Shown piece by piece: positions 30,461 through 40,185 of a DNA stretch of 64,000 nt. Location of the stretch: the IMG/VR virus record IMGVR_UViG_3300036766_000678, positions 64,001 through 128,000 of that record, one strand, 5' to 3'. Source of the DNA: a virus. Made by a program: the position numbers and the translations under genes. Positions within the stretch are counted from its first letter, which is position 1. Each line of letters begins with the position of its first letter. The notes beneath the pieces were generated by a model, which saw only the letters and a list, made by a program, of their open reading frames with translations, was not told the DNA's origin and did no database searches.

Positions 30461-30706
30461 TTACTTCTTTAAACTATCAGCTAGAAGCTGGAGTCCTTCT
30501 AAGGCACCTTCCAATTTCGTCGCCAAAATTTTCTGTGCTTCAAATTGCTGTTGCAATTTTGCCATATTACTTTTGGCTACTTCAAGCTGCTTACGAAAGT
30601 TATCCTGTTGGGCTGTAAGCACTTCAACAGGTGTCTTTGTTACAACTGGAGTAGAATTATTTTCTACAACTGTAGCTTCAACTGCTTCATTGCTTTTCTT
30701 TGTCAT
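30461..30706 (-). CDS. Hypothetical coiled-coil protein
   Basis: 81 aa, heptad pattern, AGGAG SD. Confidence 0.55.
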   Translation of the reverse strand: MTKKSNEAVEATVVENNSTPVVTKTPVEVLTAQQDNFRKQLEVAKSNMAKLQQQFEAQKILATKLEGALEGLQLLADSLKK

Positions 30707-30834
30707 CTCTGATCTCCTATTTTAATAATATACCGAAGAGCAATAAAGGGGGTAAACCTCTACTGCTCTTCATTAGTATATCATACTTTTCGAATTTTTA
30801 TTCTACTTATTTTTATCTAATAGATAACTATCTA

Positions 30835-32235
30835 TTATGATTTCCAATAAGTAACTAGTACAACACTTCCTGTTTTAGGGGCATTTCCAGCTTCAAATGT
30901 AATCTGACCTGGGTTAGTACCCGTAACAGTATAATCATTTCCAGAACCTTTTTGCTGAACACTACCATTTAAATAGACCATTTCTGATCCAGATACAAGT
31001 GTATTATCAACAGTGAATACTGTAAGAACATCATTAGGAGTTTCGTTAACTTTTTCCAAAACTACTTCAGTAGTATCAGCAAATGCTACAGAACCTGCAC
31101 CAGATTCAAATGCCGTCCAAGCAGGAACTGCTTTACTTCCTGTATTTGCATACATCTTTCCAGTAGAATTATCAATATACAATGAACCCTTTTCAGTAAA
31201 TCCTGCCCCAGTTACAGCATCAACTGGTGCTCCAGAACCATTCAAAATACAAACTTCATGGTCCATACGAATAGCTGCATTTTTAATTGAAAGTTCAAGA
31301 TACCCATTATGGGCTGCACCAAATAAATCCAATCCATAAGTAAATCCAGATCCTGGAGTAGAGTTATTCTGCATTGCTTTAAAAGCAGCATTTGCAAGTG
31401 TTAGAGAACTATCTCCATCAATATAAGCAACTACTGCACCATCAGACTCAGTTACACCATCTGTAATCTGAGCTAAAACAGCACCTTTAGGATAGGTAGT
31501 AGCTTTGGCTCCTGTAACACTGTCTGCACCAATAACACCACCAATATAATTGGCATTTTTGGTAAGGCTATCTCCGTGAACATTACCCATTATAGAGGCT
31601 AGATATGCAGTACCAGAAGCAAAGTCTTTCCCTGCACCAGCAGACAATGTTTCATCAGAGGCAATACCTTGATTAGAAGGTGCCAATGAATAAGTTTCAG
31701 CTTGTGTAATTGAATGTGCTGGAACTACAACATTTACTCCAAATGTGGCCGCAGTACTATTTAAAGTCAACAGATCAGTTGCTACTTCCTTGAAATGGAA
31801 CTCTTTTCCAGTATTAACAAGGAAGTTTAAAGCCTCTGTACCAGAGGTTTCAATCATCTCAATAGTTGGATAATAATCACCTGAACCATCAAGTTCAGCG
31901 TTTGCAAATAATGAAAATCGTCTTGGGGACATTAAATATGTTGTTTGAGCACTATCACTCTCCAACATAATACCAGGCACATCAGTATTATATCGAACCC
32001 AAGCATCATTACTATTACCTAAAATAACTTTCTTAGTATCTGTTAAAACAAAATTTTCATCCGTTTTAACATCTTTTGTACTATGAACAATACCTGTGCC
32101 ATTTGGTTGCAATAGAATATTTTTATCTGCTGCAACTGTACTAATAGTAAGGTCAGTTGTTCTATTTTTTAAACTATCATTTGTTAATGTATCATTTTGG
32201 AGCTGAGAATCGCCCCTAATCGCCGTAACACTCAT
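30835..32235 (-). CDS. Structural protein carrying the shared ~150-aa module
   Basis: Module shared with 7708..9888 and 46593..47411; C-terminal VYLNG...G.DYTV domain. Confidence 0.6.
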   Translation of the reverse strand: MSVTAIRGDSQLQNDTLTNDSLKNRTTDLTISTVAADKNILLQPNGTGIVHSTKDVKTDENFVLTDTKKVILGNSNDAWVRYNTDVPGIMLESDSAQTTYLMSPRRFSLFANAELDGSGDYYPTIEMIETSGTEALNFLVNTGKEFHFKEVATDLLTLNSTAATFGVNVVVPAHSITQAETYSLAPSNQGIASDETLSAGAGKDFASGTAYLASIMGNVHGDSLTKNANYIGGVIGADSVTGAKATTYPKGAVLAQITDGVTESDGAVVAYIDGDSSLTLANAAFKAMQNNSTPGSGFTYGLDLFGAAHNGYLELSIKNAAIRMDHEVCILNGSGAPVDAVTGAGFTEKGSLYIDNSTGKMYANTGSKAVPAWTAFESGAGSVAFADTTEVVLEKVNETPNDVLTVFTVDNTLVSGSEMVYLNGSVQQKGSGNDYTVTGTNPGQITFEAGNAPKTGSVVLVTYWKS

Positions 32236-32341
32236 ATTTAATTACCTCATTATATTTTTATTACTTATCTATACATACCTAAAATTCATCATTTCTTTAA
32301 AAAATCTAAATCATATTCTCATCATAAGAATACAACTAAAT

Positions 32342-33226
32342 CTATTTTAAACCTGCTTGTTCTAAAATTTTACCATACCATTTTGAAATTTCTACTAAAT
32401 TTGCTTTATTATATTTAATAGTATTATCATGTGGAGTTAAATACTGTAAGTTCCATGATACATGTAATCCACTTACTTCATCACCTTGTAAAGGAATGTA
32501 ATGATCTCCTACCATATCATCTGGCATTTTATCATAAAACTCTATAATTTTATTCCAATCGGCCCATAAAGGAACACGTAATTTACGATTTATTTTGGTT
32601 TTTATTTTTGAAGCTTTAATTACATTACGATGTGCCTTTTCCCATCTTTTTCTCATGGTTATAACTTTTTCTGGATTTTCTTTAGCCCATTGTTTATTAC
32701 GTTCTAAAATTTGTTTTTTATTCTTTTCATACCTTTTTCTGTTTCTAAGTTTAAGTATCTCTTTATTCTTATCTCTCCATTCCTTAGATTTTAATTTAAG
32801 TTCTTCCTTATGTTCCCCTCTATATTCTTTATTCCTAGCTGAAATAGCATCTTTATTTTCTTCATAAAATTTTTTCCCAAATTCTTTTTCAGCTAATCTT
32901 TGGCATTCAATACAACATCCATTATATTTATCTCTTCCTACTGCAAATGTATCGTGACCTTTCGGACAAAATTGTTTAATACGAGAATCTTTTGTAGGAT
33001 CTTTACGTTGCTTTAATTTACTACATTCTCTACAATATCCATCTTTAGTTCTTCCTACAATGTCTTTATCATGGCCTTTAGGACAAAATTGGGTTTTTCT
33101 TGAAATTGGAGTTTTTAATCCCAAAGAAACTGGTCTTTTACAACCATTACATTGGCCATTTTTAGCTCTTCCAAAAATGAAAGTATCATGTCCCTGTGGG
33201 CAAAACTGTTTAATTGGCGCAGCCAT
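32342..33226 (-). CDS. HNH homing endonuclease with three CxxGH modules
   Basis: DHYIPLQGDEVSGLHVSWNLQYL; three FCP.GHD repeats. Confidence 0.85.
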   Translation of the reverse strand: MAAPIKQFCPQGHDTFIFGRAKNGQCNGCKRPVSLGLKTPISRKTQFCPKGHDKDIVGRTKDGYCRECSKLKQRKDPTKDSRIKQFCPKGHDTFAVGRDKYNGCCIECQRLAEKEFGKKFYEENKDAISARNKEYRGEHKEELKLKSKEWRDKNKEILKLRNRKRYEKNKKQILERNKQWAKENPEKVITMRKRWEKAHRNVIKASKIKTKINRKLRVPLWADWNKIIEFYDKMPDDMVGDHYIPLQGDEVSGLHVSWNLQYLTPHDNTIKYNKANLVEISKWYGKILEQAGLK

Positions 33227-33243
33227 TTAATATTCTTTCCTTT

Positions 33244-33831
33244 TTACATAATGTAATCAACTAGTAAAATATCCATAGATTGGGGGGCAGATGAAAATGT
33301 AATTGTGCCACCCAAAATAAAATAATCTTTTACATTTAAAGGGCCTCTTTTAAGTTTAACACCATTCGAAAAAACAGATTCTTTATCTGATAGGGGGGTA
33401 TTCGCTAATGTAAATATCTTATTAATTCCATTTAATGTTCCACTTGGAGTTTCTCCTATTACAAAATTAGAAGCTAATAATGTATTTGGAGAAGAAATCG
33501 TTATAGTATTTCCAAGTGAAGATATACTTATATTTGTACCCGCTGATAAAGTTATATCGCCTGTTAAACCATTAATAGATGAAACATCTGCACCTGTAGC
33601 AACAGGAACAAACGAGGTTCCATTATCAACAAACACTTCATTTACATCGCTTCTCCAAATTAAACGACCTGGATTCCCAGCAACAGGATCAGAAACTAAA
33701 TTCTCAAGCCGAAGTGACAAAGCTTGATGTTCATTAAAAGTGAGATCAGCATCAATATCTATAAGTGACGTAGTAATTGAAAGCGGTCGTATTTGTTCAT
33801 AGCCTAAAATGTGCTGGAAATTTGGTGCCAT
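33244..33831 (-). CDS. Structural protein
   Basis: C-terminal ETPSG..NG.N..FTLA..P domain shared with neighbouring genes. Confidence 0.55.
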   Translation of the reverse strand: MAPNFQHILGYEQIRPLSITTSLIDIDADLTFNEHQALSLRLENLVSDPVAGNPGRLIWRSDVNEVFVDNGTSFVPVATGADVSSINGLTGDITLSAGTNISISSLGNTITISSPNTLLASNFVIGETPSGTLNGINKIFTLANTPLSDKESVFSNGVKLKRGPLNVKDYFILGGTITFSSAPQSMDILLVDYIM

Positions 33832-33840
33832 GTCTTATCG

Positions 33841-33883
33841 TCCCTATGTATATATACGCAATTTAATTATATTTTTACATCAA
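33841..33883 (-). promoter_or_regulatory. Conserved intergenic motif, copy C
   Basis: Shares tatacgca.tttaattatatttttacatcaa with 23792..23850. Confidence 0.55.
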
Positions 33884-33904
33884 TTTATCGGCGGAAAACC
33901 CAAC

Positions 33905-35072
33905 CTAGAACTTTAAATAGCTTACGCGAATAAAATCGCCACTTACTGGAGCCACAATAAAAATAAATTGTTGCGGAATACTAACCGTATAGTCAACTCC
34001 TAATATCATTTGTGCCCCGTTTAGATAAATCTGCAAACTTCCAGTTCTATATGGGAAGCTAGTTGTAAATAAAGTATTTGCTCCATCTACTGCCCCACTT
34101 GGAGTTTCTTGATTTACTATACTATTTGAAAGAATTGTCGTCGGAAAAGGCTGCTCAGAAAATTGGGAAAACGACATATCCTGAACGGGATTCGTCAATT
34201 CCAATGAACTTGAATTATTCCCCGTATCAACAGCAGTTACTTTATAATACCAAGTAATTCCAAAAGTGAAACTTACATTATCCACATAAGAAGTTACATT
34301 AGCTGGCGTTGTTGCAATAACTTGAAATGATGAATCATCCGTAGGAGAACTGCTTCTATATACTCTATATAAAACAATATTTGGTTCAACATTTGCAGAC
34401 CATTCAATTAAAAATCCACGATTGGCCAAGAGATTTGTTGAACGGGTTCCCATAACCGTAGATGGACCTACATGAGTAGTCACAGATCCCAAACTTGTAT
34501 AAGCTGTTTCTACCAATACACTATTTCGAGCTTTTACACGAGCATAATAAACTGTACTAGGCAAAAGATTTGTAAAAAGGAAAGAGGTATCTGTAATCCA
34601 ACCACTATTTGTTACATTAAAAATAAAAGAAGGATCAGGAGAAATCTGAACAAAGAACTCAGTGTCTTGTGGATTTGAATTAACTTGCCAATTTGCTGTA
34701 ACCTGAGTTGAATATACACCTGAAAATGGAAGAAATAAAGGTATAGAAGCTAATGTAGTAGCGGATGCAACAGGTCCATAAGAAGTTGCGCCAGTTCCTA
34801 AGACATCTGACGCAGCAGCCAAAGCAACAAAGAATGCAGTATTTGGGACAAGTTCTTCTGCTGTAATTGATGAGAGACCAAGCCACACAGGAATTGGAGA
34901 AAAAGATCCATCCGACATAAGGTACTGTACAACAGCATTTAATCCTACGGTATAGCTAACCTGCCAAGAATAAAAAGTGCCTCCTGGATTTCCATCAGCA
35001 TTTTTTACTACCATTGCAGAACTAGCGGTAATTCCAAGAAGAGTAGGTGAAACGGGTGTATTCAAACTCATA
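33905..35072 (-). CDS. Fibronectin type III domain virion protein
   Basis: FTNLLPSTVYYARVKARN; YRVYRS..YVD...YYKVTAVDTGN; likely start MSLNTP. Confidence 0.75.
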
Positions 35073-35585
35073 TTATTTTCCACCTTCTGAATCAACTTTC
35101 TCAAGCATATCTGAACTTAAAGTAATAAAATCAACATTAACTTTTGCTTCTATTACTTCATCTGTGTCCACATCAATAAGTGATGCAACTACAGGAAGAT
35201 CCAAATCTACAATTTGAATATTTTCTCCTCGATCTTTATTCACATATCCAATACTTCCTGCTGAAATTGTCACTTCTTGCTCACCAATCATATTTGCACT
35301 TTCAGTTGGTTCACCAATAAACATATACCCGTCATCCTCATAAATAGAAGCTTGTATTTTAATATCTTGATTAATCTGAATTTTATCCCCAATCTTGAAT
35401 AATTTTGCATTTGTTTTTCCAGTTTTCTCGATTTTTTCAACTGACAAATGAGAAAGCTTAGCTGCTAACCCCTCACCTACCCCTTCTGTTAATAGGAACG
35501 ATAGGTCTGATAGATTAAGGGCATCATCAGATTCAATATCAATATTAAAACTAACTTTATACTGACCACGCAATGGTTGTTCCAT
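35073..35585 (-). CDS. Hypothetical acidic protein
   Basis: 170-aa ORF with GAGG SD. Confidence 0.55.
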   Translation of the reverse strand: MEQPLRGQYKVSFNIDIESDDALNLSDLSFLLTEGVGEGLAAKLSHLSVEKIEKTGKTNAKLFKIGDKIQINQDIKIQASIYEDDGYMFIGEPTESANMIGEQEVTISAGSIGYVNKDRGENIQIVDLDLPVVASLIDVDTDEVIEAKVNVDFITLSSDMLEKVDSEGGK

Positions 35586-35749
35586 TTTTGGACCTCAGTT
35601 TACAGAGATGTATTGGGTTTTTAATTCAGGACTTTACAGATGTCTTTTGCAACACTATTCTTTTAAATGAACAACAATCTTTAAAAATTATCTAATCTTC
35701 TTCCCCAAATAACCTTTGAAGAAAAACATTATAAGTATTTGACAAGGAT

Positions 35750-35780
35750 ACTATAACGGCCTAGGGTCGCGGAATTCCTT
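35750..35780 (+). other. 31-nt segment resembling bacterial 23S rRNA H69-H71 (I-CeuI site region)
   Basis: ACTATAACGG-CCTAGGGTCGCGGAATTCCTT versus the recalled conserved ACTATAACGGTCCTAAGGTAGCGAAATTCCTT (28/32, one gap). Confidence 0.6.
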
Positions 35781-35792
35781 AAAATTTATTTG

Positions 35793-35984
35793 TTATTTCT
35801 TAAGTTTTACTTCAAAAACTTTATTTGTTTTAGTATCTTCCAAAATTGCGTTATGTCCAAATTTTAAATGTTTAACCGCTTCAGATAAAGCATCTTTTTT
35901 ACTATTAGTACGAAGCCAATATTCACTCCATGATCCACTCATACCAAATAAAACCCAACGATATCGAGGTTGTTTCTTTTTCAT
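35793..35984 (-). CDS. Hypothetical protein
   Basis: 63 aa, coupled to the upstream gene. Confidence 0.5.
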   Translation of the reverse strand: MKKKQPRYRWVLFGMSGSWSEYWLRTNSKKDALSEAVKHLKFGHNAILEDTKTNKVFEVKLKK

Positions 35985-36559
35985 TAAAATCGTACTTTAA
36001 GTACAAGTCCAGGATATTTTTGAGAATTAATGCTAACTCCCAAACTTGTATGACTATAAATGTTATATGAAATATTCATATTAGCCGTAACATCATTTAA
36101 GGCAAGAGAAGAGGATGGGTAAATCCCTAATCCAAATCCTAGATCAAATTTATTCCAATAAAAAACATCCAATCCCAAACCAGCTCTAAATTTGTTATCA
36201 ACCCCAATTCCGAGATAGGGGCGCATCTCAGGTCCAAATTTCCTCGATTCGATCTTTACTTTACCATCATTTGTCTCAACAATTGCAATTGGACGATCAG
36301 GTAGATAAGTACTATGTGTTATTTCTTTGCCATTCTTATCTTTTGTCACGGTAGTAATTTTATGTTTAATGGGGTCGATTATGGCTTTGCGCTGTTCATT
36401 GGGCTGTAGGATCGTGTTGGTGATGTTCTGGTCTACCTTCCTTGCGTGATGTACCCAAAATCTGTAGCCTAAGAGGGCTAACAAAATTACCCCACTTAAA
36501 ACTAAAATATGCTTAATTTTTGATAAAGTTAATTGTTTTATTTTCTGTAAAAATTCCAT
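35984..36559 (-). CDS. Membrane-anchored protein, spanin candidate
   Basis: N-terminal TM helix; C-terminal amphipathic beta-strands (PYLGIGV...) ending in Phe. Confidence 0.4.
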   Translation of the reverse strand: MEFLQKIKQLTLSKIKHILVLSGVILLALLGYRFWVHHARKVDQNITNTILQPNEQRKAIIDPIKHKITTVTKDKNGKEITHSTYLPDRPIAIVETNDGKVKIESRKFGPEMRPYLGIGVDNKFRAGLGLDVFYWNKFDLGFGLGIYPSSSLALNDVTANMNISYNIYSHTSLGVSINSQKYPGLVLKVRF

Positions 36560-36599
36560 TCTTATCCCCTTTTAATCTTATCCAATCAAAATTCTTATT

Positions 36600-37013
36600 T
36601 TATGATAAATAATCTAACGCATTTTGTAAAAATATTTTATTATCTTTAAGTAACCCAAGTGCCATATTACAAGATCGACAAAGTAACCCTCTAATCTCAT
36701 CAGTATCATGATTATGATCAATTACTAAAATTTCATTTAATTGACTTTGATGTTTTTTACATATTCTACAAAGACCTTTTTGATCTTGAAATAGCTTATT
36801 ATAATCTTCTAATGATATATTAAACGTATGTTTTAATCTATAGCCTCTTATTTTATCAGGATTTTCTTTTTCCCATTTTTTATGATATTCATTACCATAT
36901 TTTGTACGATAAGCCTTTCTGCAATCATTACACATACTATTTTTGGTTCGACCACAAACAAAGGTATCATGGCCATGGGTACAAAATTGCTTTTTAGATC
37001 CTTTAATTGCCAT
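36600..37013 (-). CDS. Endonuclease VII-type homing endonuclease with CxxGH module
   Basis: Q...C.IC...LVIDHNH...IRGLLC..CN..LG. Confidence 0.88.
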   Translation of the reverse strand: MAIKGSKKQFCTHGHDTFVCGRTKNSMCNDCRKAYRTKYGNEYHKKWEKENPDKIRGYRLKHTFNISLEDYNKLFQDQKGLCRICKKHQSQLNEILVIDHNHDTDEIRGLLCRSCNMALGLLKDNKIFLQNALDYLS

Positions 37014-37037
37014 CGTTATCTTCTCCTTTACTTATCT

Positions 37038-37283
37038 TTATCTTGGAGCCATATTCTCATTCATTTGTGTATAGATAAAATCAAGCAACTTCTGATATCT
37101 GCCGAGTTTCAACATGGAAATAGGCGACATATTCCCAAGTAGTGGGTTTGTGCATATCATCCAGAATTTCGATTTCGATTCGTCATGGAAGAACATAGTG
37201 TCAATTGCTTTTAAAATAGTATTATAGTGGCACTCATAAAGAATTTTGTCAAATCTAGGACTTTGATTTTTGCTTCGTTTCAT
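37038..37283 (-). CDS. Xre/MbcA/ParS antitoxin C-terminal-like (DUF2384-like) protein
   Basis: W....NPLLGNMSPI.ML..G...LL..I pattern. Confidence 0.6.
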   Translation of the reverse strand: MKRSKNQSPRFDKILYECHYNTILKAIDTMFFHDESKSKFWMICTNPLLGNMSPISMLKLGRYQKLLDFIYTQMNENMAPR

Positions 37284-37509
37284 ATTTCCTCTCTAAGTAT
37301 TCTAAATTATCTAAAGGAAGCCATTTTCTACATCTACATCCTTCATTCCAATTCTTACAATGTGCCCAAGGCATTCTAGATTCTGTTATTTCTTCTAAAT
37401 CTTCAGGAGTAATATCTTTAATATCTATTTTACGCCAATGTTCATGGCCGCAGGTACGGCAACATCTTTCATCTAAACCAACAAAACTATATGGTACTTT
37501 TCTTAACAT
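37255..37509 (-). CDS. NLEYLE-family Cys/His microprotein
   Basis: CRTCGHEH ... CRCRKWLPLDNLEYLERKY. Confidence 0.7.
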   Translation of the reverse strand: MLRKVPYSFVGLDERCCRTCGHEHWRKIDIKDITPEDLEEITESRMPWAHCKNWNEGCRCRKWLPLDNLEYLERKYETKQKSKS

Positions 37510-37657
37510 ATAGATATTCGAGGTATTCTAGATTGTCACTGGGGACCCAATCGTTACAAGCATTTTCAATATAAGTGCTATGTAGATCATGGTAAAATCC
37601 ACATATACGACACCGTGGGTTATTAGTTCTAAATTTTAACTTCTTTTTTCTTTTCAT
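37487..37657 (-). CDS. NLEYLE-family microprotein (56 aa, absent from ORF track)
   Basis: MKRKKKLKF..CRICGFYHDLH..CNDWVPSDNLEYLEYLY. Confidence 0.65.
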   Translation of the reverse strand: MKRKKKLKFRTNNPRCRICGFYHDLHSTYIENACNDWVPSDNLEYLEYLYVKKSTI

Positions 37658-37859
37658 ACAGAAATTCTAAATACTCAAGATTGTCAGATGGAACATACTG
37701 CATACACCATGGTTTATAAACACCACCTAAAATCCTTGCAGCTACAGCAACTCGTTCACGTTCACATGGTAGCATTTGACTTAATCCATGACAATCATCA
37801 TGCCCACAAACTCTACAGGAACTATTGAACATTTTTCTGCTCATTGATATGGGCTTCAA
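37629..37859 (-). CDS. NLEYLE-family microprotein
   Basis: CRVCGHDDCH..CMQYVPSDNLEYLEFLY. Confidence 0.7.
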   Translation of the reverse strand: MKPISMSRKMFNSSCRVCGHDDCHGLSQMLPCERERVAVAARILGGVYKPWCMQYVPSDNLEYLEFLYEKKKEVKI

Positions 37860-38949
37860 TCTGATTTACACAGGCTTTAACGTCTTTTTTAATTTCATGC
37901 TCCCAAAAACGGAAGACTTTGTAACCACATTTTGTTAAATAAGCATTCTGAGATTTATCTATAGCCCGACGTTTGGCAATACCTGCAAATTCATTTACCT
38001 TATGCTCTAAACAACCATGCCAGTAACAGCCATCTGAAAAAATAATAATTTTATATTCTTCAATAACTGCGTCAACTAAAAATTTATTAAATAAAACTTT
38101 TTGGGTTTCAAAAGGAATATTTCGTTTTGTTAATTCTTCTTCAATAGCCACTTCAATTTTTGTATGATCAAATTTAGAAGCACCAATCCAAGCCCATTTA
38201 TCAATTTCACCAGAAGCAATAAGTCTTTTTCTAGTTTTAGATTGTTTCTTAGCTGCTTTTGCAATAATAGGACTATCTTCTTTTGTTAATCCAGAATTCC
38301 ATCCTGCTCCTGGACCAAATGCATTACCAAATTTTTCAATGTGTGTTTGTTGACTTTTCTCCTGTCTAGCTTGAATTTGCTCAGGAGTCATAAAATAATC
38401 AGGACGTTTTAATTTGCCTTCTGCAAATAGTTTCTTACGGGATTCTGATAGATTTTCAGCATTAATTTTTATACGAGGATCTGTCTCTTTTGTATGGCCT
38501 TCGTTCCAATTCAAATTACTACGATTATAAGAACCTTCTTGTTCAAAACCATTTCGTCTTAAATGCCCTTCTAAAATATGGCGAGAAATATTTAATTCAG
38601 CGGCAACATCTGTCATATTACTATTTTTAACTTTATCAATTAACTCTTGCACATTTAAAGATTCAATCCAACGAAATCTCTTTTGCAATCTACGAGCACT
38701 CCCATTTTCAACTCGTTTTGCATCAGCTTTTAATCGAATAGTTGCGTAATCTTGTTGAATATTGAAATGTTCTTTTAATCGCTTAATAATAACAGACCCG
38801 CATTTCCACTTTTTCAATAAAATAGAATAAGATTCAACAGTAAGTTCTTCTTTTAGAAGTTCTTTATTTGGGTACTCATCTAAAATTCGTTGAAATGTAG
38901 TATACATACCTATCATTATAAATATATCATAAAAAGCATTATTTTGCAA
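37822..38949 (-). CDS. DUF559/Vsr-like homing endonuclease with NUMOD3-like repeats
   Basis: E..I...L...F..Q...VD..I....DG.YWH..FRFWE; WN.G.TKE repeats; true start probably 38907. Confidence 0.75.
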   Translation of the reverse strand: MQNNAFYDIFIMIGMYTTFQRILDEYPNKELLKEELTVESYSILLKKWKCGSVIIKRLKEHFNIQQDYATIRLKADAKRVENGSARRLQKRFRWIESLNVQELIDKVKNSNMTDVAAELNISRHILEGHLRRNGFEQEGSYNRSNLNWNEGHTKETDPRIKINAENLSESRKKLFAEGKLKRPDYFMTPEQIQARQEKSQQTHIEKFGNAFGPGAGWNSGLTKEDSPIIAKAAKKQSKTRKRLIASGEIDKWAWIGASKFDHTKIEVAIEEELTKRNIPFETQKVLFNKFLVDAVIEEYKIIIFSDGCYWHGCLEHKVNEFAGIAKRRAIDKSQNAYLTKCGYKVFRFWEHEIKKDVKACVNQIEAHINEQKNVQ

Positions 38950-38971
38950 TGCCTTTAATCATTGTTATCTA

Positions 38972-40174
38972 CTACGGAGAATTCCATGAAAATGCTGAAT
39001 TATGGACAATCACACCGTCTGCATTATAGGAATGCTGCCCCTCAACACTCAAATCATAAACCTTTCCTGTGTAATCAAAGGTAGTAATATTTGTAATTTG
39101 CTGGGTAACTAAATTGATACCTACTAAACAAGAATCCCCAACTTTTAAGTCACTAGCAGGAACCCATCTTTGATCAAAAAGAAGAACCTCATGATTGCCT
39201 GTCATTTTCAAAATTCGTTTCCCAACTCTAATATCATACATAGGCTCTGAAATGTATTTTGAAATTTTGTCATAAACTTTATGAAATTTCCCATCGGAAG
39301 ATAAAACTTTCATACCAACTTTCACCTTTGTCAATGGCATATAGCCAAGAGAAGTGAGTATTCGAGTAGTATCCAAGAAACAACCAAGGCTGATTTTTAA
39401 AAATTGACCGATTTGTGACTGGAAGCGGCTGTGGCCCAAACCGGCTGCACCCACTTTAAACACAACAGTCTTTTTGTAATTCATTTTCATCTTATCGTAG
39501 AATTGCAACATATTCACGTATGATTGATTTATTTTTTCCACCTGATTTATATTCAAGGAAATTCCGTTATCATTGTACGCGAAGTCCTCCAAACCAGCCC
39601 TTTGTTGATAAAACAAATCTGCAAATAAAGAAATTCCAAAATATAAAAGATTAGCCAAATTAGGATCATTAGCCACACTATCAAATGTCAAATTTGTTAA
39701 AGGTGGCATGAAATTAATATCAGCCAAAATCAAATTTGAAAATGCCAAAATCTGGTAATCTTGTGTATTTCTACTAAAAATTTCTGGCATGAGTTTTCTA
39801 CTCTGAGAAATTACTTGCTGTTCAGAAGTAGAAAATTGACTTGGATTTGGACCATTGACTCCTGTTAACGTAGTCAAACTTGTAACAGTACCAAATGCCG
39901 TTGCATTTGTTCCAATACTATCGATAGCAGCAGCTAGGCGAACAGAATAATTCGTTCCTGGAGTTGTATTAATAACTTTTATCATTGTGGTATTAAGCCA
40001 CAATTGAACAGGTTGAATTATTCCAGTACTTTCAACGAACCCGCCAGTTCCACTAAAAATTACCTGAATAGCATAGAACGTGCCTGGGGGGTTGTTGTCT
40101 GGGGTCACTGTCACTAAAAATGAATTAGTTGTGACGTTGGATATAAACGGGGGCTGAGGCACACTGAGCGACAT
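38972..40174 (-). CDS. Putative head-tail connector/neck protein with mini-intein
   Basis: FN3-like N-terminus, helical connector-like middle, Hint domain near the C-terminus. Confidence 0.55.
   Translation of the reverse strand: MSLSVPQPPFISNVTTNSFLVTVTPDNNPPGTFYAIQVIFSGTGGFVESTGIIQPVQLWLNTTMIKVINTTPGTNYSVRLAAAIDSIGTNATAFGTVTSLTTLTGVNGPNPSQFSTSEQQVISQSRKLMPEIFSRNTQDYQILAFSNLILADINFMPPLTNLTFDSVANDPNLANLLYFGISLFADLFYQQRAGLEDFAYNDNGISLNINQVEKINQSYVNMLQFYDKMKMNYKKTVVFKVGAAGLGHSRFQSQIGQFLKISLGCFLDTTRILTSLGYMPLTKVKVGMKVLSSDGKFHKVYDKISKYISEPMYDIRVGKRILKMTGNHEVLLFDQRWVPASDLKVGDSCLVGINLVTQQITNITTFDYTGKVYDLSVEGQHSYNADGVIVHNSAFSWNSP
38999..39382 (-). mobile_element. Mini-intein (128 aa)
   Basis: G|CFLDTTRILT...VYDLSVEGQHSYNADGVIVHN|S; no endonuclease domain. 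Confidence 0.85.
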
Positions 40175-40185
40175 AATTTATCCTC

